A DNA stretch of 64,000 nt. Origin: Bradymonadia bacterium. Lineage in GTDB: Bacteria > Myxococcota_A > Bradymonadia > UBA7976 > UBA1532. A model generated the notes under the pieces. That model saw only the letters and a program-made list of their open reading frames with translations, was not told the DNA's origin and ran no database searches. The stretch is from positions 160,001-224,000 of the forward strand of contig JBKAGE010000082.1 in the NCBI GenBank assembly GCA_046290225.1, read 5' to 3'. The translations under genes were made by a program, and so were the position numbers. Positions 1-9,230 of this stretch are shown one piece after another (within the stretch, counting starts at the first letter, position 1; every line of letters starts with the position of its first letter).

Positions 1-11
1 CTACGCCGGAC

Positions 12-110
12 ATGGCCGTGGGCGGCGCTGGTGGCGCTGCAGGCATGGGCGGCGCCGGTGGCATGGGTGGAGTCGCCGGGATGGGCGGCGCCGGTGGTGA
101 AGGGGGCATG
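12..110 (+). repeat. Coding Gly/Ala/Met tandem repeat (MGGAGG)n linker
   Basis: Recurring ggcatgggcggcgccggt-like units encoding GMGGAG. Confidence 0.75.
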
Positions 111-2627
111 GAGATGCCCTGCGAGCCCGAAGGCGACGAGATCATCAACATCGCCGGCATGAGCGCGCCGGCGAAGGTGCGCTTCGACGAGCAGGGTGTG
201 CTCCACGCCACCTGCCAGAACAACGACGACTGCTTCCGGGTGGAGGGCTACTATCACGCCGCCCACCGCTTCTACCAAATGGACGTCCGCCGCCGTGTGG
301 TGCGCGGTCAGATCATGGGCATCGCCGGCTCGGTGGCCACCGGCGAGATCCGCGACGTGCTCGTGGGCATCGAGACCAACAACCGCCGGTTTTACTCCGA
401 TCCACGCACCGGCGACGAGCTCGCCGATGCCTTCATCGCCAGCGCCGACGAGGAGACCCTCGCCGCCCTCGATGCCTACGCCGACGGGGTGAACGCCTGG
501 CTGGCTGAGTATCGCGCTGGCGAGGCTACCCTCAATGACGAGTACTCTCTCTTCGCCTTCGAGCCCGAGGCCGTTCGGGATTGGACCCGCGAAGACTCGG
601 CGGCCTGTATCCTGGCCCTGCTCAACCAGCTCACCAACCAGACCAGCCTCGAGATCTCCACGGCGCTGCTCTACGCCACCCTCGATCCGGCGCTCTCTGC
701 TGATCTCTACAGCCTGCGTACGGGATCGGCCTCGGCGATTCAGCCTGCGACTCAGGTGCCCTTCGATCAGATCCGCCTCGGCCTGACTCCGGAGCGGTTC
801 CAGACGATCAAGGATCGCCTCGCCCCGGCGATCCCCAGCCTGCAGCGCCTGAGCGAGGCGATGCCCTATGTGGATCCTCACCTCGAGGGTCTCGGCTCGA
901 ACAACTGGGTGGTGGGCCCCGATCGCACCACCAATGGTCACGCCCTGCTGGCGAACGATCCCCACCTGGGGCTGTCGAACCCCGCAGTCTGGTACGTGGT
1001 GCACCTCGACGCCAAGACTCAGGGTGACGGCGATCTGCACGTGGCGGGGGTCTCCTTCGCGGGGCTGCCCAACATCATCCTCGGCCAGAACGAGGACATC
1101 GCCTGGGGGGCCACGACGACCTACTTCGACATGGCCGACGTCTACATCGAGACCCTCACCGACGACGGCACGGGGGTGATCTACGACGGCATGGAGGTGC
1201 CCTTCGTCGAGCGGGAGATCACGCTGGAGGTCGCCGGTGGTGATCCAGTGACCCAGACCGTTCGGTTCGTGCCCCACCATGGTCCGGTCATCGACATCGA
1301 CGAAGAGGCAGGGACCGCCACCACCATCCGCTGGGTGGGCCACGAGGGTGGCACCGATCTCAACATCCTCACCCGTCTCTACAAGGCCACCTCGGTGGAA
1401 GAAGCCCGAGAGGCGCTCAAGGTACTCACCACCGTGGGTCAGAACTGGGTGGTGGCCGACAAGGGCGGCAACATCGGCTGGTTCCCCTACAACACGGTGC
1501 CCCGCCGCCCCTGGGCTTCGCTGGAGATGGCCCCCTGGCTGCCGCTCCCCGGCGACGGCACCGCGGAGTGGGACGGCTTCCTGCCCTTTGAAGATCTGCC
1601 CCAGGCCTTCAACCCGCCGGCGGCTTACATCGCCACGGCGAACAACGACATGACCGGCAACAACCTCGATGGTGATCCCACAAACGACGGCGCGCCCATG
1701 CTGCAGCACTATGTGGCCTTCGGCGCCCGCCACGGCCGCATCGTCGAGGCCATCGAGGAGATCGGCGATCAGCACTCCCGGGACACGATGGAGACGATCC
1801 TCGGCGACGTGCACTCCTACCTCGGCGAGCGGGCGCTGCCCCACCTGCTGAGCGCCGCCGACGAAAAGAGCGGTGATCTCACCGACGCTGGCAAGAAGGT
1901 GGTCGAGGCCCTCGAAGGCTGGGATTACACGTGCCCCACGGGCATCGACGGCATCCGCCCCGACGACGAGAAGTCCACCGAGGGTGACACGGCCTCCATC
2001 GGCTGCACCGCCTTCCACGTCACTTGGCCCCGGATCCGCCGCCTGGCTTTCCAGGACGATATTCCCGAGGGCACCCGCCTGCCCTCCGACGCCGCCACCT
2101 TCATCGCCCTCGATCGCCCAGAGACGCTGAGCACCTCGTACTGGAACATCAACGGCACTGAGGAAGAAGAGACCCAGGCCGACGTGCTTGTTTTGGCGCT
2201 GAACGACGCCGGCGCATGGCTCGAGGAGAACCTCGGCGAGGAGATCGACGACTGGCGCTGGGGCCGCCTGCACACCGTCACCCTGGCGGTGGACCTGATC
2301 AGCGATCTCGGGGTGCCGTCCTTCGACAACGGGCCCTACACCAACGATGGTGGTCTCTACACCGTCGACGTGGCCAACCCCTCGGGCATGCTCGGTGACA
2401 ACTACGCCCACCGCAGCGGAGCTTCGATGCGCTTCGCCTGTGACGTCGATCCCGAAGCTGGCCCTCAGTGCACCCTGCAGATCCCAGGCGGCAACCGTCA
2501 CTACCGCGACAGCCCCTTCTACGACGATCTGATGCAGGAGTGGCTCGTCAACAAGGCATTCCCCCTGCGCCTCGCCGAAGACGAGGTCGAAGCCTCGACG
2601 ACGGAGCGCGTGGGCATCTGCCCCTGA
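12..2627 (+). CDS. Penicillin acylase / AHL-acylase family Ntn-hydrolase, probably a lipoprotein whose true start lies upstream of the window
   Basis: GSNNWVV catalytic Ser motif, LLANDPHL, AWGATT, HHGPV, ATANN, WRWGRLH; N-terminal MGGAGG repeats; the frame is open to the window edge (T-P-D precedes the Met). Confidence 0.9.
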   Translation: MAVGGAGGAAGMGGAGGMGGVAGMGGAGGEGGMEMPCEPEGDEIINIAGMSAPAKVRFDEQGVLHATCQNNDDCFRVEGYYHAAHRFYQMDVRRRVVRGQIMGIAGSVATGEIRDVLVGIETNNRRFYSDPRTGDELADAFIASADEETLAALDAYADGVNAWLAEYRAGEATLNDEYSLFAFEPEAVRDWTREDSAACILALLNQLTNQTSLEISTALLYATLDPALSADLYSLRTGSASAIQPATQVPFDQIRLGLTPERFQTIKDRLAPAIPSLQRLSEAMPYVDPHLEGLGSNNWVVGPDRTTNGHALLANDPHLGLSNPAVWYVVHLDAKTQGDGDLHVAGVSFAGLPNIILGQNEDIAWGATTTYFDMADVYIETLTDDGTGVIYDGMEVPFVEREITLEVAGGDPVTQTVRFVPHHGPVIDIDEEAGTATTIRWVGHEGGTDLNILTRLYKATSVEEAREALKVLTTVGQNWVVADKGGNIGWFPYNTVPRRPWASLEMAPWLPLPGDGTAEWDGFLPFEDLPQAFNPPAAYIATANNDMTGNNLDGDPTNDGAPMLQHYVAFGARHGRIVEAIEEIGDQHSRDTMETILGDVHSYLGERALPHLLSAADEKSGDLTDAGKKVVEALEGWDYTCPTGIDGIRPDDEKSTEGDTASIGCTAFHVTWPRIRRLAFQDDIPEGTRLPSDAATFIALDRPETLSTSYWNINGTEEEETQADVLVLALNDAGAWLEENLGEEIDDWRWGRLHTVTLAVDLISDLGVPSFDNGPYTNDGGLYTVDVANPSGMLGDNYAHRSGASMRFACDVDPEAGPQCTLQIPGGNRHYRDSPFYDDLMQEWLVNKAFPLRLAEDEVEASTTERVGICP

Positions 2628-2639
2628 TCGAGCCGCCCT

Positions 2640-3152
2640 TCAACGGGCGCGACGCCCTGCCCCCCGCCCACTCTCGAGCACCATGCGCGTGGGCTCGCCG
2701 AGGGGCTCGTCCAACAACTCCCCATAATCTCTCACTGATGCGTAGTGCCGGGGCAGATGCTCCGGACACTCGATCTCTGCCCGAGGGGGCGCCTCGAGGT
2801 GATTCGACATGAAGTCGAAGACCGCAAAGAGCGACAATACAGGCTGATTGCGCTGAATTTCGGGCTGCTGGGCCAGGAACTGAGGGAAGCGCACCCCGTA
2901 GTGATCGAGGCTGACCCCTGTGGGCGGGTCGGTCTGGGCATATCGCCACGCAAAGAGATTGAAGTTCCGCTCTCCGAGCAGGGTACGGGTCACGGGGTAG
3001 AAGTCTTCGAGCACCTGCCGTGTGGTGACGATGTAATGCAGCATGTAGATCTTGAGGTTGCCCCGGGTTTCTTCGGTGAAGAGCTCTTCGGAGATGAGAG
3101 AGTTGTGCCTCAGGATCGTGTCGCTGAACCGTTCAATCACATCTTTGAGCAC
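2640..3152 (-). CDS. DUF2063 / BufC(HvfC)-like MNIO partner protein, short
   Basis: LKIY...VLEDFYPVTRTLLGERNFNLFAWRYAQTDPP...LDHYGVRFPQFL matches the DUF2063 N-terminal signature; GTG start at 3152 after GGAGG; follows DUF692. Confidence 0.75.
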   Translation of the reverse strand: MLKDVIERFSDTILRHNSLISEELFTEETRGNLKIYMLHYIVTTRQVLEDFYPVTRTLLGERNFNLFAWRYAQTDPPTGVSLDHYGVRFPQFLAQQPEIQRNQPVLSLFAVFDFMSNHLEAPPRAEIECPEHLPRHYASVRDYGELLDEPLGEPTRMVLESGRGAGRRAR

Positions 3153-3955
3153 CTGGCCTCCTTTCGACCGCGCTTCAACACACGTACGACCGCCAGGCTC
3201 TCGATGAGGGGCGGAATGGCGTTGTCTCGCTCGTAACATGCGGGCAAATGGCTCAGATGGTTCACCCAGTGCTGCTGCCAGTTGGAGGGCGCAGAGCCAT
3301 GGGTGTCGAGCCAGAAGTCATCGACCACTTCCGGGCCAGCGACGTGCAGTGCCACCACGTGCTCGAGGAACTCTGCTGTCATATAGCGATGGACTGGCAC
3401 GCCGAGGTTGTGGGCGTTGATCTCGATGTTGTTGAGATCGAGCAACAACCGACACCCCGTGCTCTCAGCGATCTGTTGCAGGCTCTCAGCCTCTGTCATC
3501 GAGCTCTGCCGGTAGACCACGTACTGGCTCAGGTTTTCCAAGGCGATGCTGCGCCCGAGGCGTTGCTGTACGAAGTTGATCCGAGCGGCAACGTGGGCAC
3601 AGGTGCTCGGAGACAAGGGCAGCGGCAGCAAATCGTGATGAGATACACCACCAAAACGCTGCCAGCAGAAATGATCCGAGATCAGCCATGGATCGAGCAC
3701 GCGCTCCAGCTCGGCGATCTCGTCGAGATAGGTGGTGCTGATCGGATCGACACCACCGAGGTTCATGCCCACGCAATGCAGGGCGATGGGCGTGTGGGCC
3801 CGGATGGTCTTCACCTGCTCGAGGGCCTGAGGATTGCCGATCAGATTTTCGGCGATGACTTCCCAGTAATCCACCTCACCAGGGGGTGTGTCACACACCT
3901 GATCGAGGTAGGACAATCGCAGGTTGAGCCCGATCCCGGCCACACGCTCCCCCAT
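3137..3955 (-). CDS. DUF692 multinuclear non-heme iron oxidative enzyme (MNIO, BufB/HvfB-like)
   Basis: GLNLR, EVIAEN, HCVGMNLG, SDH, HDLLPLP, LEN, LLLDLNN, HVAG, DTH, ERD motifs; ATG at 3955 just after the precursor stop. Confidence 0.92.
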   Translation of the reverse strand: MGERVAGIGLNLRLSYLDQVCDTPPGEVDYWEVIAENLIGNPQALEQVKTIRAHTPIALHCVGMNLGGVDPISTTYLDEIAELERVLDPWLISDHFCWQRFGGVSHHDLLPLPLSPSTCAHVAARINFVQQRLGRSIALENLSQYVVYRQSSMTEAESLQQIAESTGCRLLLDLNNIEINAHNLGVPVHRYMTAEFLEHVVALHVAGPEVVDDFWLDTHGSAPSNWQQHWVNHLSHLPACYERDNAIPPLIESLAVVRVLKRGRKEARCSKM

Positions 3956-3957
3956 GA

Positions 3958-4284
3958 TCAGCGGGCCAGGAACTTGGCGACGGGCTTCTGCTTGGAGACC
4001 ACCTTGCCCGCCTTCACCATCTTCTTGCCGCCCCACTTCTCGCACAGGGGCCCTTCGGGCACGTACACCCACTCGGTGGGATCGAGATCTTTGGCGGCCT
4101 TGCCCGAGCAGTCATGACGGCCGTCAGTGGAGCCACAGTCGTTGTGGCCCGCCTTGGCCACGCCGAGACACTTGATCACTGTGATGGTCTCTTCAGCGGC
4201 CGCCTGGGGCTTGTCCGCGCAGGCCACACCCAGGCCCACCATGCTCACCAGACCCCCCACCATCAACGTCATCTCTTTCGTCAT
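3958..4284 (-). CDS. DUF2282 / BufA1-type bufferin RiPP precursor with lipoprotein signal
   Basis: KCLGVAKAGHNDC...HDCSG...EWVYVPEGPLCEKWGG four-Cys signature; hydrophobic N-terminus ending LGVA-C. Confidence 0.88.
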   Translation of the reverse strand: MTKEMTLMVGGLVSMVGLGVACADKPQAAAEETITVIKCLGVAKAGHNDCGSTDGRHDCSGKAAKDLDPTEWVYVPEGPLCEKWGGKKMVKAGKVVSKQKPVAKFLAR

Positions 4285-4350
4285 CACTGCGCTCGCTTTC
4301 ATCGAGTGGTTATGGGGCGACACCCACGCGGTGCGCCCTCTGGCCCCGAT

Positions 4351-4378
4351 GACGTCTCGGGCTTCAACGGTGATTGCA
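4351..4378 (-). promoter_or_regulatory. Possible ECF-type promoter for the bufferin operon
   Basis: Minus strand TGCAATC-N17-CGTC about 65 bp upstream of the precursor start, divergent from an ECF sigma gene; judged by eye. Confidence 0.25.
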
Positions 4379-4547
4379 CCCACGTGTCGTTTTCCGTCCA
4401 AAAACCCTCTATTTTTTCTAAAAACGCCCATATCGCCTCAAAACGGGTCACCCGTTCACTTTTGTCATCAAAGTGCGCAATCAAAAGAAAGGCCCCAAAC
4501 GTCGATGAGAGTGAGTGGGCACATCGAGCCCTCTCGCTGGAGACCCA

Positions 4548-5048
4548 ATGACCTTCGATCGGCCCACACTGTCCCGGCTCTTCCGGTACTGCTACAGCCT
4601 GACCGGCGACGATGACGCGGCGTACGACTTGCTGCATCAGAGCATCGAGCGCTACCTCAAGGCAGCAAAGCGCCAACACATCGACGCGCCCGTGGCCTAT
4701 CTGCGCCGAATCATTCGCAATCGGTTCATCGACGATCTGCGCCGCGCACGGCGTCTGCCTGAAGTCAGTCTGGAAGAGCTGCAAGAGAGCGTGGTGGATC
4801 TGAGCACCACAGGCTTGGAGCGTCAGATGGTCGCAGCAGGTGACATGGCCATCATCTGGCGTCAGCTCAGTCCAGTAGAGCGGGAAGCCTTGTACCTCTG
4901 GGCCGTCGAGGGTCGGACAGCGAGCGAGATCGCTGAAGACTGTGGGGTCTCACGCAACACCATTTTGTCCCGGCTGCACCGCCTGCGTCAGAAGTTCAAG
5001 GGGTGGTACAGCGACGAAGACCGCGGAGACGAGGAGGTCTCCTCATGA
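4548..5048 (+). CDS. ECF RNA polymerase sigma factor
   Basis: LFRYCYSLTGDDDAAYDLLH (region 2), AYLRRIIRNRFIDDLRR, EIAEDCGVSRNTILSRLHR (region 4). Confidence 0.9.
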   Translation: MTFDRPTLSRLFRYCYSLTGDDDAAYDLLHQSIERYLKAAKRQHIDAPVAYLRRIIRNRFIDDLRRARRLPEVSLEELQESVVDLSTTGLERQMVAAGDMAIIWRQLSPVEREALYLWAVEGRTASEIAEDCGVSRNTILSRLHRLRQKFKGWYSDEDRGDEEVSS

Positions 5049-5626
5049 CCCGGACACCACTCAAAGAGGCCGTGCAGCAGCACATCGAGGCCCATGATCT
5101 CACCGAGGCACAATTCGCGGCCCTCGAACGGCTGCAGCAACCCGAGCAGCAACGCCCCCAGCGCTGGCTCTGGCTCGTGGCAGTGGCCGCTCTCGTTGCA
5201 TTGACAGTGTGGGGGGTGTGGGGTCGCACAGAGCAGAGCGTGGCCATCGCCAGCGAGGTGGCGAAGAACCACCTCAAGCTCAAGCCCCTGGAGATCACCA
5301 CTTCCGACATGGGCGCAGTGCAGGGCTTCTTCGACACCCTGGATTTCGTACCCATCGAGAGCCGCCAGCTCGCCGCCTCGGGCTGGCGGCTGAGCGGCGC
5401 GCGACACTGCTCGGTACAAGGACAGGAGGCCGCTCAACTCAGAGGGCACCTCGGCCAGGACGAGGCGCCGATCTCTGTCTACATGACGGCTTATGATGCA
5501 GAGCGCTTCGGACCAGTGCCCTCGCTGGATCGTGGAGAGGTGCCCTTACGCCTGCACGATCGAGGGCTGGCGATCACTTTGTGGGTCGAGCACGGCGTGC
5601 TGATGGTTCAAGCAGGTGGACCCTGA
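5045..5626 (+). CDS. Putative membrane anti-sigma factor
   Basis: ATGA overlap with the ECF sigma; single TM (WLWLVAVAALVALTVWGVW) followed by an extracytoplasmic domain. Confidence 0.7.
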   Translation: MTRTPLKEAVQQHIEAHDLTEAQFAALERLQQPEQQRPQRWLWLVAVAALVALTVWGVWGRTEQSVAIASEVAKNHLKLKPLEITTSDMGAVQGFFDTLDFVPIESRQLAASGWRLSGARHCSVQGQEAAQLRGHLGQDEAPISVYMTAYDAERFGPVPSLDRGEVPLRLHDRGLAITLWVEHGVLMVQAGGP

Positions 5627-5632
5627 GCCGGC

Positions 5633-7372
5633 TCAGGGTGCCCATCCACTCTCGTAGGCGGCGCCCTCAGCGCCAACAGTGAGGGTGTGGTTGGCCCCTG
5701 GAGACCACTCCACGGTGCCATTGCCCACCTTGATGAACTTGAACTCCACCACCTGCCCGGGGGCCAGCTCCCCCTCGGAGATGTCCACCGTACCGGACCA
5801 TGTGGGGTAGTCAGTCACTGACAATGCAAAAGCCTTGGTTGGATCCCAGCTCCCCAGAGCAGGGGTGTTGCCCACCACGGCCACGGACTGCCCCCACTGC
5901 GTCACGCCGCCGTGCACGGTGAAGGAGAGGCTCATCTGCGCCCCGGGCTGAGGGGCTTCGGGCGTCTCCGGCTCGGGCGTTTCAGGCGCTGGCATCTCTG
6001 GCTCGGGCATCCCGGGCTGGGGCAGCTCGGGCACATCTTCGTCGGCGCAGCGCAGGTCGAGCGACGGCCCAGGCGCACATGGATGCACCCAAATCTCGGT
6101 ACACACCGGTACATCATGATGCACGGCGTACCAGTGATAGATGCCGCGGTTGTCCGGGCTCGTGGCGGTGACGAAGGCCTCTCCAGGCCAGAGCAGGCGA
6201 TAGGCCGACACATCGCCGAGGCCATAGGCAGCACCACCAGACAGCGGGCTCTGAGGCGTGTTCATCCCCCAGCCGGTGAGGATGGGCGCCGACTCCAGAC
6301 TGTTCACCAGGCTCTCGGCGGGATCGCCGATCTTGTGCCACCCGGCGCCGCTGGGCACTCCGGCGAGGGCCTCCAACCCGGGCTGACGGGGCTCGAAGCA
6401 GATGTAGATGTGCTTGAGCGGCGCCACAGGCGGTTGTGCCAGCCAGGTCCAGCCACCCCCGACAGCGGTCTGACCGGGCTGGCGATGAGGATGACTGCCG
6501 TGGATGACCTCTGCGGGGTAGGGATCGGTGTTGTACCCTGTCCCAAAAGTGTGAGCCTTGAGCCGCTCAAAGGGGTTCAATGCCGCATCACCCGCAGCAA
6601 TGGCTTCGGGATCAGGGAGGGCGCGCCCGTCAGCAAAGGCGCTGCGTTGGGGCGCCGAAGCCGCGAGATCCTGAGCGTCGTGCACGGGCACCTTGAAGCT
6701 GAGGGGGAACGCGTCGCCCCAGCCCGTCGGGCGCACCCACGCTACGGTCTCCATGCGGCGATCGGCCCAGCCGAGGGCAGCAGGCGGGCTCCACCACACC
6801 TGCAAATCGCCCGCGTCGGTTTTGGTCGCCAGCAGCGGCCCGGAGTCGACAGGCTCACCTTCGAGCATGTACTCCACCGAGAGGCTGTCACCCACCGGCA
6901 GGGCGCGGTCGAGGGTGATCTGCACCGACTGGGTGCCGTCATCGAGTAGATAGAGCACTGCCAGGACCGGCGGCCGCGGGTGGCTCCAGCTGCCGAGCGT
7001 GGCCGCTGCGTTGGTCTGACCATCGCCGAATGGCGAGAACTCGCTGGGCCAAACCCCCACGGGGACCGACACCACAGCGTCGACGATCCCGGGTTGCTTC
7101 CAGGCGGTCACCAGGGCCTCCGACACCGCATTGGCAATGATGGCTTCAGGCGTCCACAGCCCAGGATCGTCACCACCCCATGGCGCCGCACCAGGCCGGG
7201 GCAGCTCGACGGCCCTGCTGGCTTCAGCGCCATCGGTCTTACCCGTGAACGGGCTCGAAGTGGGTTGTGGCTCGGCCCCGGCGGCCTGCTCGGCAGCTGG
7301 CTCGGAGGCACAACCGCCCATCAGCATCGCCCAGGTGAGGATCAAGAGGTGGCTCAGAGAGTTCCGCGACAT
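5633..7372 (-). CDS. Lipoprotein with uncharacterised central domain and C-terminal CBM20 starch-binding domain
   Basis: Lipobox LMGG-C, GKTD motif, Pro/Glu linker, C-terminal TQWGQSVAVVGNTPALGSWDP...YPTW...EFKFIK...EWSPGANH. Confidence 0.8.
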   Translation of the reverse strand: MSRNSLSHLLILTWAMLMGGCASEPAAEQAAGAEPQPTSSPFTGKTDGAEASRAVELPRPGAAPWGGDDPGLWTPEAIIANAVSEALVTAWKQPGIVDAVVSVPVGVWPSEFSPFGDGQTNAAATLGSWSHPRPPVLAVLYLLDDGTQSVQITLDRALPVGDSLSVEYMLEGEPVDSGPLLATKTDAGDLQVWWSPPAALGWADRRMETVAWVRPTGWGDAFPLSFKVPVHDAQDLAASAPQRSAFADGRALPDPEAIAAGDAALNPFERLKAHTFGTGYNTDPYPAEVIHGSHPHRQPGQTAVGGGWTWLAQPPVAPLKHIYICFEPRQPGLEALAGVPSGAGWHKIGDPAESLVNSLESAPILTGWGMNTPQSPLSGGAAYGLGDVSAYRLLWPGEAFVTATSPDNRGIYHWYAVHHDVPVCTEIWVHPCAPGPSLDLRCADEDVPELPQPGMPEPEMPAPETPEPETPEAPQPGAQMSLSFTVHGGVTQWGQSVAVVGNTPALGSWDPTKAFALSVTDYPTWSGTVDISEGELAPGQVVEFKFIKVGNGTVEWSPGANHTLTVGAEGAAYESGWAP

Positions 7373-7481
7373 CGATATGCTCGAATTCGTGATCAGCAGC
7401 GCTCATGAATGCAGCCCTCGTGCCATCAGCAACACCCTGAAATTACGAGAAGGATACTGGCTACTGGATCAGCCATTGGCC

Positions 7482-8030
7482 TCATCTCCTGACCGCTCTG
7501 CCCCACCTCAGCCAGCTGGCGATGGCTGCTGGCGGTCCCAACCACGTCAGCTCGGCCACGATGGCCCTCACCGCGCCGTGTCCTCCGCCCCATTCACCAG
7601 GGGGCAGCACCTGCCATTCGAAGGGGGCCGCGCTCGCCGTCATGGTCCAGGGCCACCACAGCGCCACGCCCCGACCAGGTACGCCGCCGCTGCCGTGACC
7701 GAACATGTCCACGAGGGTGTGGCTCATGAGCAGTGCCCCGATAAAGAGCCCCATGGCCAGGGGGGTCACACCTCGCCGACGGGCGAGCCAGGCCCCCAAC
7801 ACACCGCACAACACGGCGAATGTGATGGAGTGGGACCACGTGCGATGCCACACGGAACTCGGCTGCCCCAGCACCCAGACCGCGAAGAAGTCGAAGTCGG
7901 GCGCCTGAGGCAGCACGAGGGTGAGTCCCCAGGCCCACTTCGGGCCCAGAGGCTTCAGACGGGGGGCCATCGCCGCATATACACAGACGCCGGCGAGGCA
8001 ATGTCCGAGGGGCAGAGACATCATGGGCAC
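7482..8030 (-). CDS. YdjM/DUF457-family metal-dependent membrane hydrolase
   Basis: GH..., PDFD, HRTWSHS, SHTLVD, GVALWWP motifs and TM segments. Confidence 0.85.
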   Translation of the reverse strand: MPMMSLPLGHCLAGVCVYAAMAPRLKPLGPKWAWGLTLVLPQAPDFDFFAVWVLGQPSSVWHRTWSHSITFAVLCGVLGAWLARRRGVTPLAMGLFIGALLMSHTLVDMFGHGSGGVPGRGVALWWPWTMTASAAPFEWQVLPPGEWGGGHGAVRAIVAELTWLGPPAAIASWLRWGRAVRR

Positions 8031-8059
8031 TGTGGCCCAAGGTCTCGCAGAGGTCTACC

Positions 8060-8419
8060 TCAGCCCACAGAGACCGGGATCTGCCGGGCCTTCGCCCGAG
8101 CAGCCTTGGGCAGGGTGATCTCCAACACCCCAGCGTCCAGACGCGCCTGGACCTGGGATCCATCCACATCGGGTGGCACCCTCAGGGTGGCCGTATAGTC
8201 GAGATCGGCCCAGTGACCCTGAAGCAGCTTCACCCCTTCTGTGGGCGCCGCTCGATGGCCCACCAAGGTGAGCTCTCCATCCTCAAGGTTCAGCTCCACC
8301 TGGTTGGAAGCGACGCCTGGAAGATCGGCGACGATCAGGAAGTGATCTGCGTTCTCGAAGATGTCCAGGGCGGGACGCAGGCTCTGGCGGCGGTCGTTCT
8401 TCTGCATTGCGTGAGTCAT
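8060..8419 (-). CDS. Hsp20/alpha-crystallin small heat-shock protein
   Basis: PALDIFE, ADLPGV, ARLDAGVLEITLPK, C-terminal IPV motif. Confidence 0.93.
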   Translation of the reverse strand: MTHAMQKNDRRQSLRPALDIFENADHFLIVADLPGVASNQVELNLEDGELTLVGHRAAPTEGVKLLQGHWADLDYTATLRVPPDVDGSQVQARLDAGVLEITLPKAARAKARQIPVSVG

Positions 8420-8477
8420 GCGAACACCTCAGCTTTCAATCTGTTCAACTGTCTGAATGTGGTTCAATTACATGAGA

Positions 8478-8525
8478 GTGCACTGTTCGGCGTGCACTGT
8501 TCGGCGTGCACTGTTCGGCGTGCAC
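8478..8525. repeat. 14-bp tandem repeat (gtgcactgttcggc)x3 plus a partial unit, between the two hsp20 genes
   Basis: Directly visible: three identical adjacent units then gtgcac. Confidence 0.9.
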
Positions 8526-8535
8526 GGTGTGATGC

Positions 8536-8997
8536 TCATCCTGCAGAGATCACCTTGATCTGCTTGGGCTTCGACTCTGGGGCCTTGCCCACGGTGACGG
8601 TGAGCACCCCATTGTCGAACTGTGCCTTCGTCAGCTCCGGATCGACCTTCGCTGGCAGCGTGAAAGCCCGGCCGAGCTTGACGGCACGGCGCTCCTGGCG
8701 ATGGGTGGTGTACCCCTCGCGATGTGGCAACGCCCGCTCGGCCTTGATGGTGAGCACACCATCTTCGAGGCTGAGATCGATGCTCTCCGTTTGAATCCCC
8801 GGCAGATCGGCCTTCAGCTCGAAGGCCTCACCGGTGTCGTACAGTACAGCATGGAAAGGCATGGGCCGGCGCTGCTGCGATTTCGTCGACAGCTCCTCGT
8901 CGAGCACACGATCCATTCGGCGGCGCAGCTCTTCGAAGAAGTTGAAGGTCGGCTCGAGATCGGCCCAGTGCTCCAGGGTGTTCCAGCGATTGCGCAT
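8536..8997 (-). CDS. Hsp20/alpha-crystallin small heat-shock protein
   Basis: ADLPGI, GVLTIKAER, RAFTLP, AQFDNGVLTVTVGK, IKV motif. Confidence 0.93.
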   Translation of the reverse strand: MRNRWNTLEHWADLEPTFNFFEELRRRMDRVLDEELSTKSQQRRPMPFHAVLYDTGEAFELKADLPGIQTESIDLSLEDGVLTIKAERALPHREGYTTHRQERRAVKLGRAFTLPAKVDPELTKAQFDNGVLTVTVGKAPESKPKQIKVISAG

Positions 8998-9153
8998 AAG
9001 AGTCTCCTATGGCTCTACACATGGCATCCCGCCCGTATAGAGGTGTTGATACATCTAAATGAGTTTGGGCACACAATGCCCTGCACATCAGCGGGTTACA
9101 CCGGTGAAGAGTTGGGGCCTGTGTATTGTTCGAGTATTTCCGTCGCGAGAATA

Positions 9154-9181
9154 CAAGTAATCACTGCACAGAGCGCGTCAA
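9154..9181 (-). promoter_or_regulatory. Possible sigma70-like promoter upstream of the hsp20 pair
   Basis: Minus strand TTGACG-N16-TACTTG in an AT-richer intergenic region. Confidence 0.25.
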
Positions 9182-9230
9182 CACCTTGTGGTGATTTTTT
9201 TCATCGGAGAGGCATCATCGTGTTGTGCGC

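Noticed and set aside
8478..8525. CRISPR array
   Set aside because: 14-bp units are directly adjacent with no spacers, and no cas genes are present
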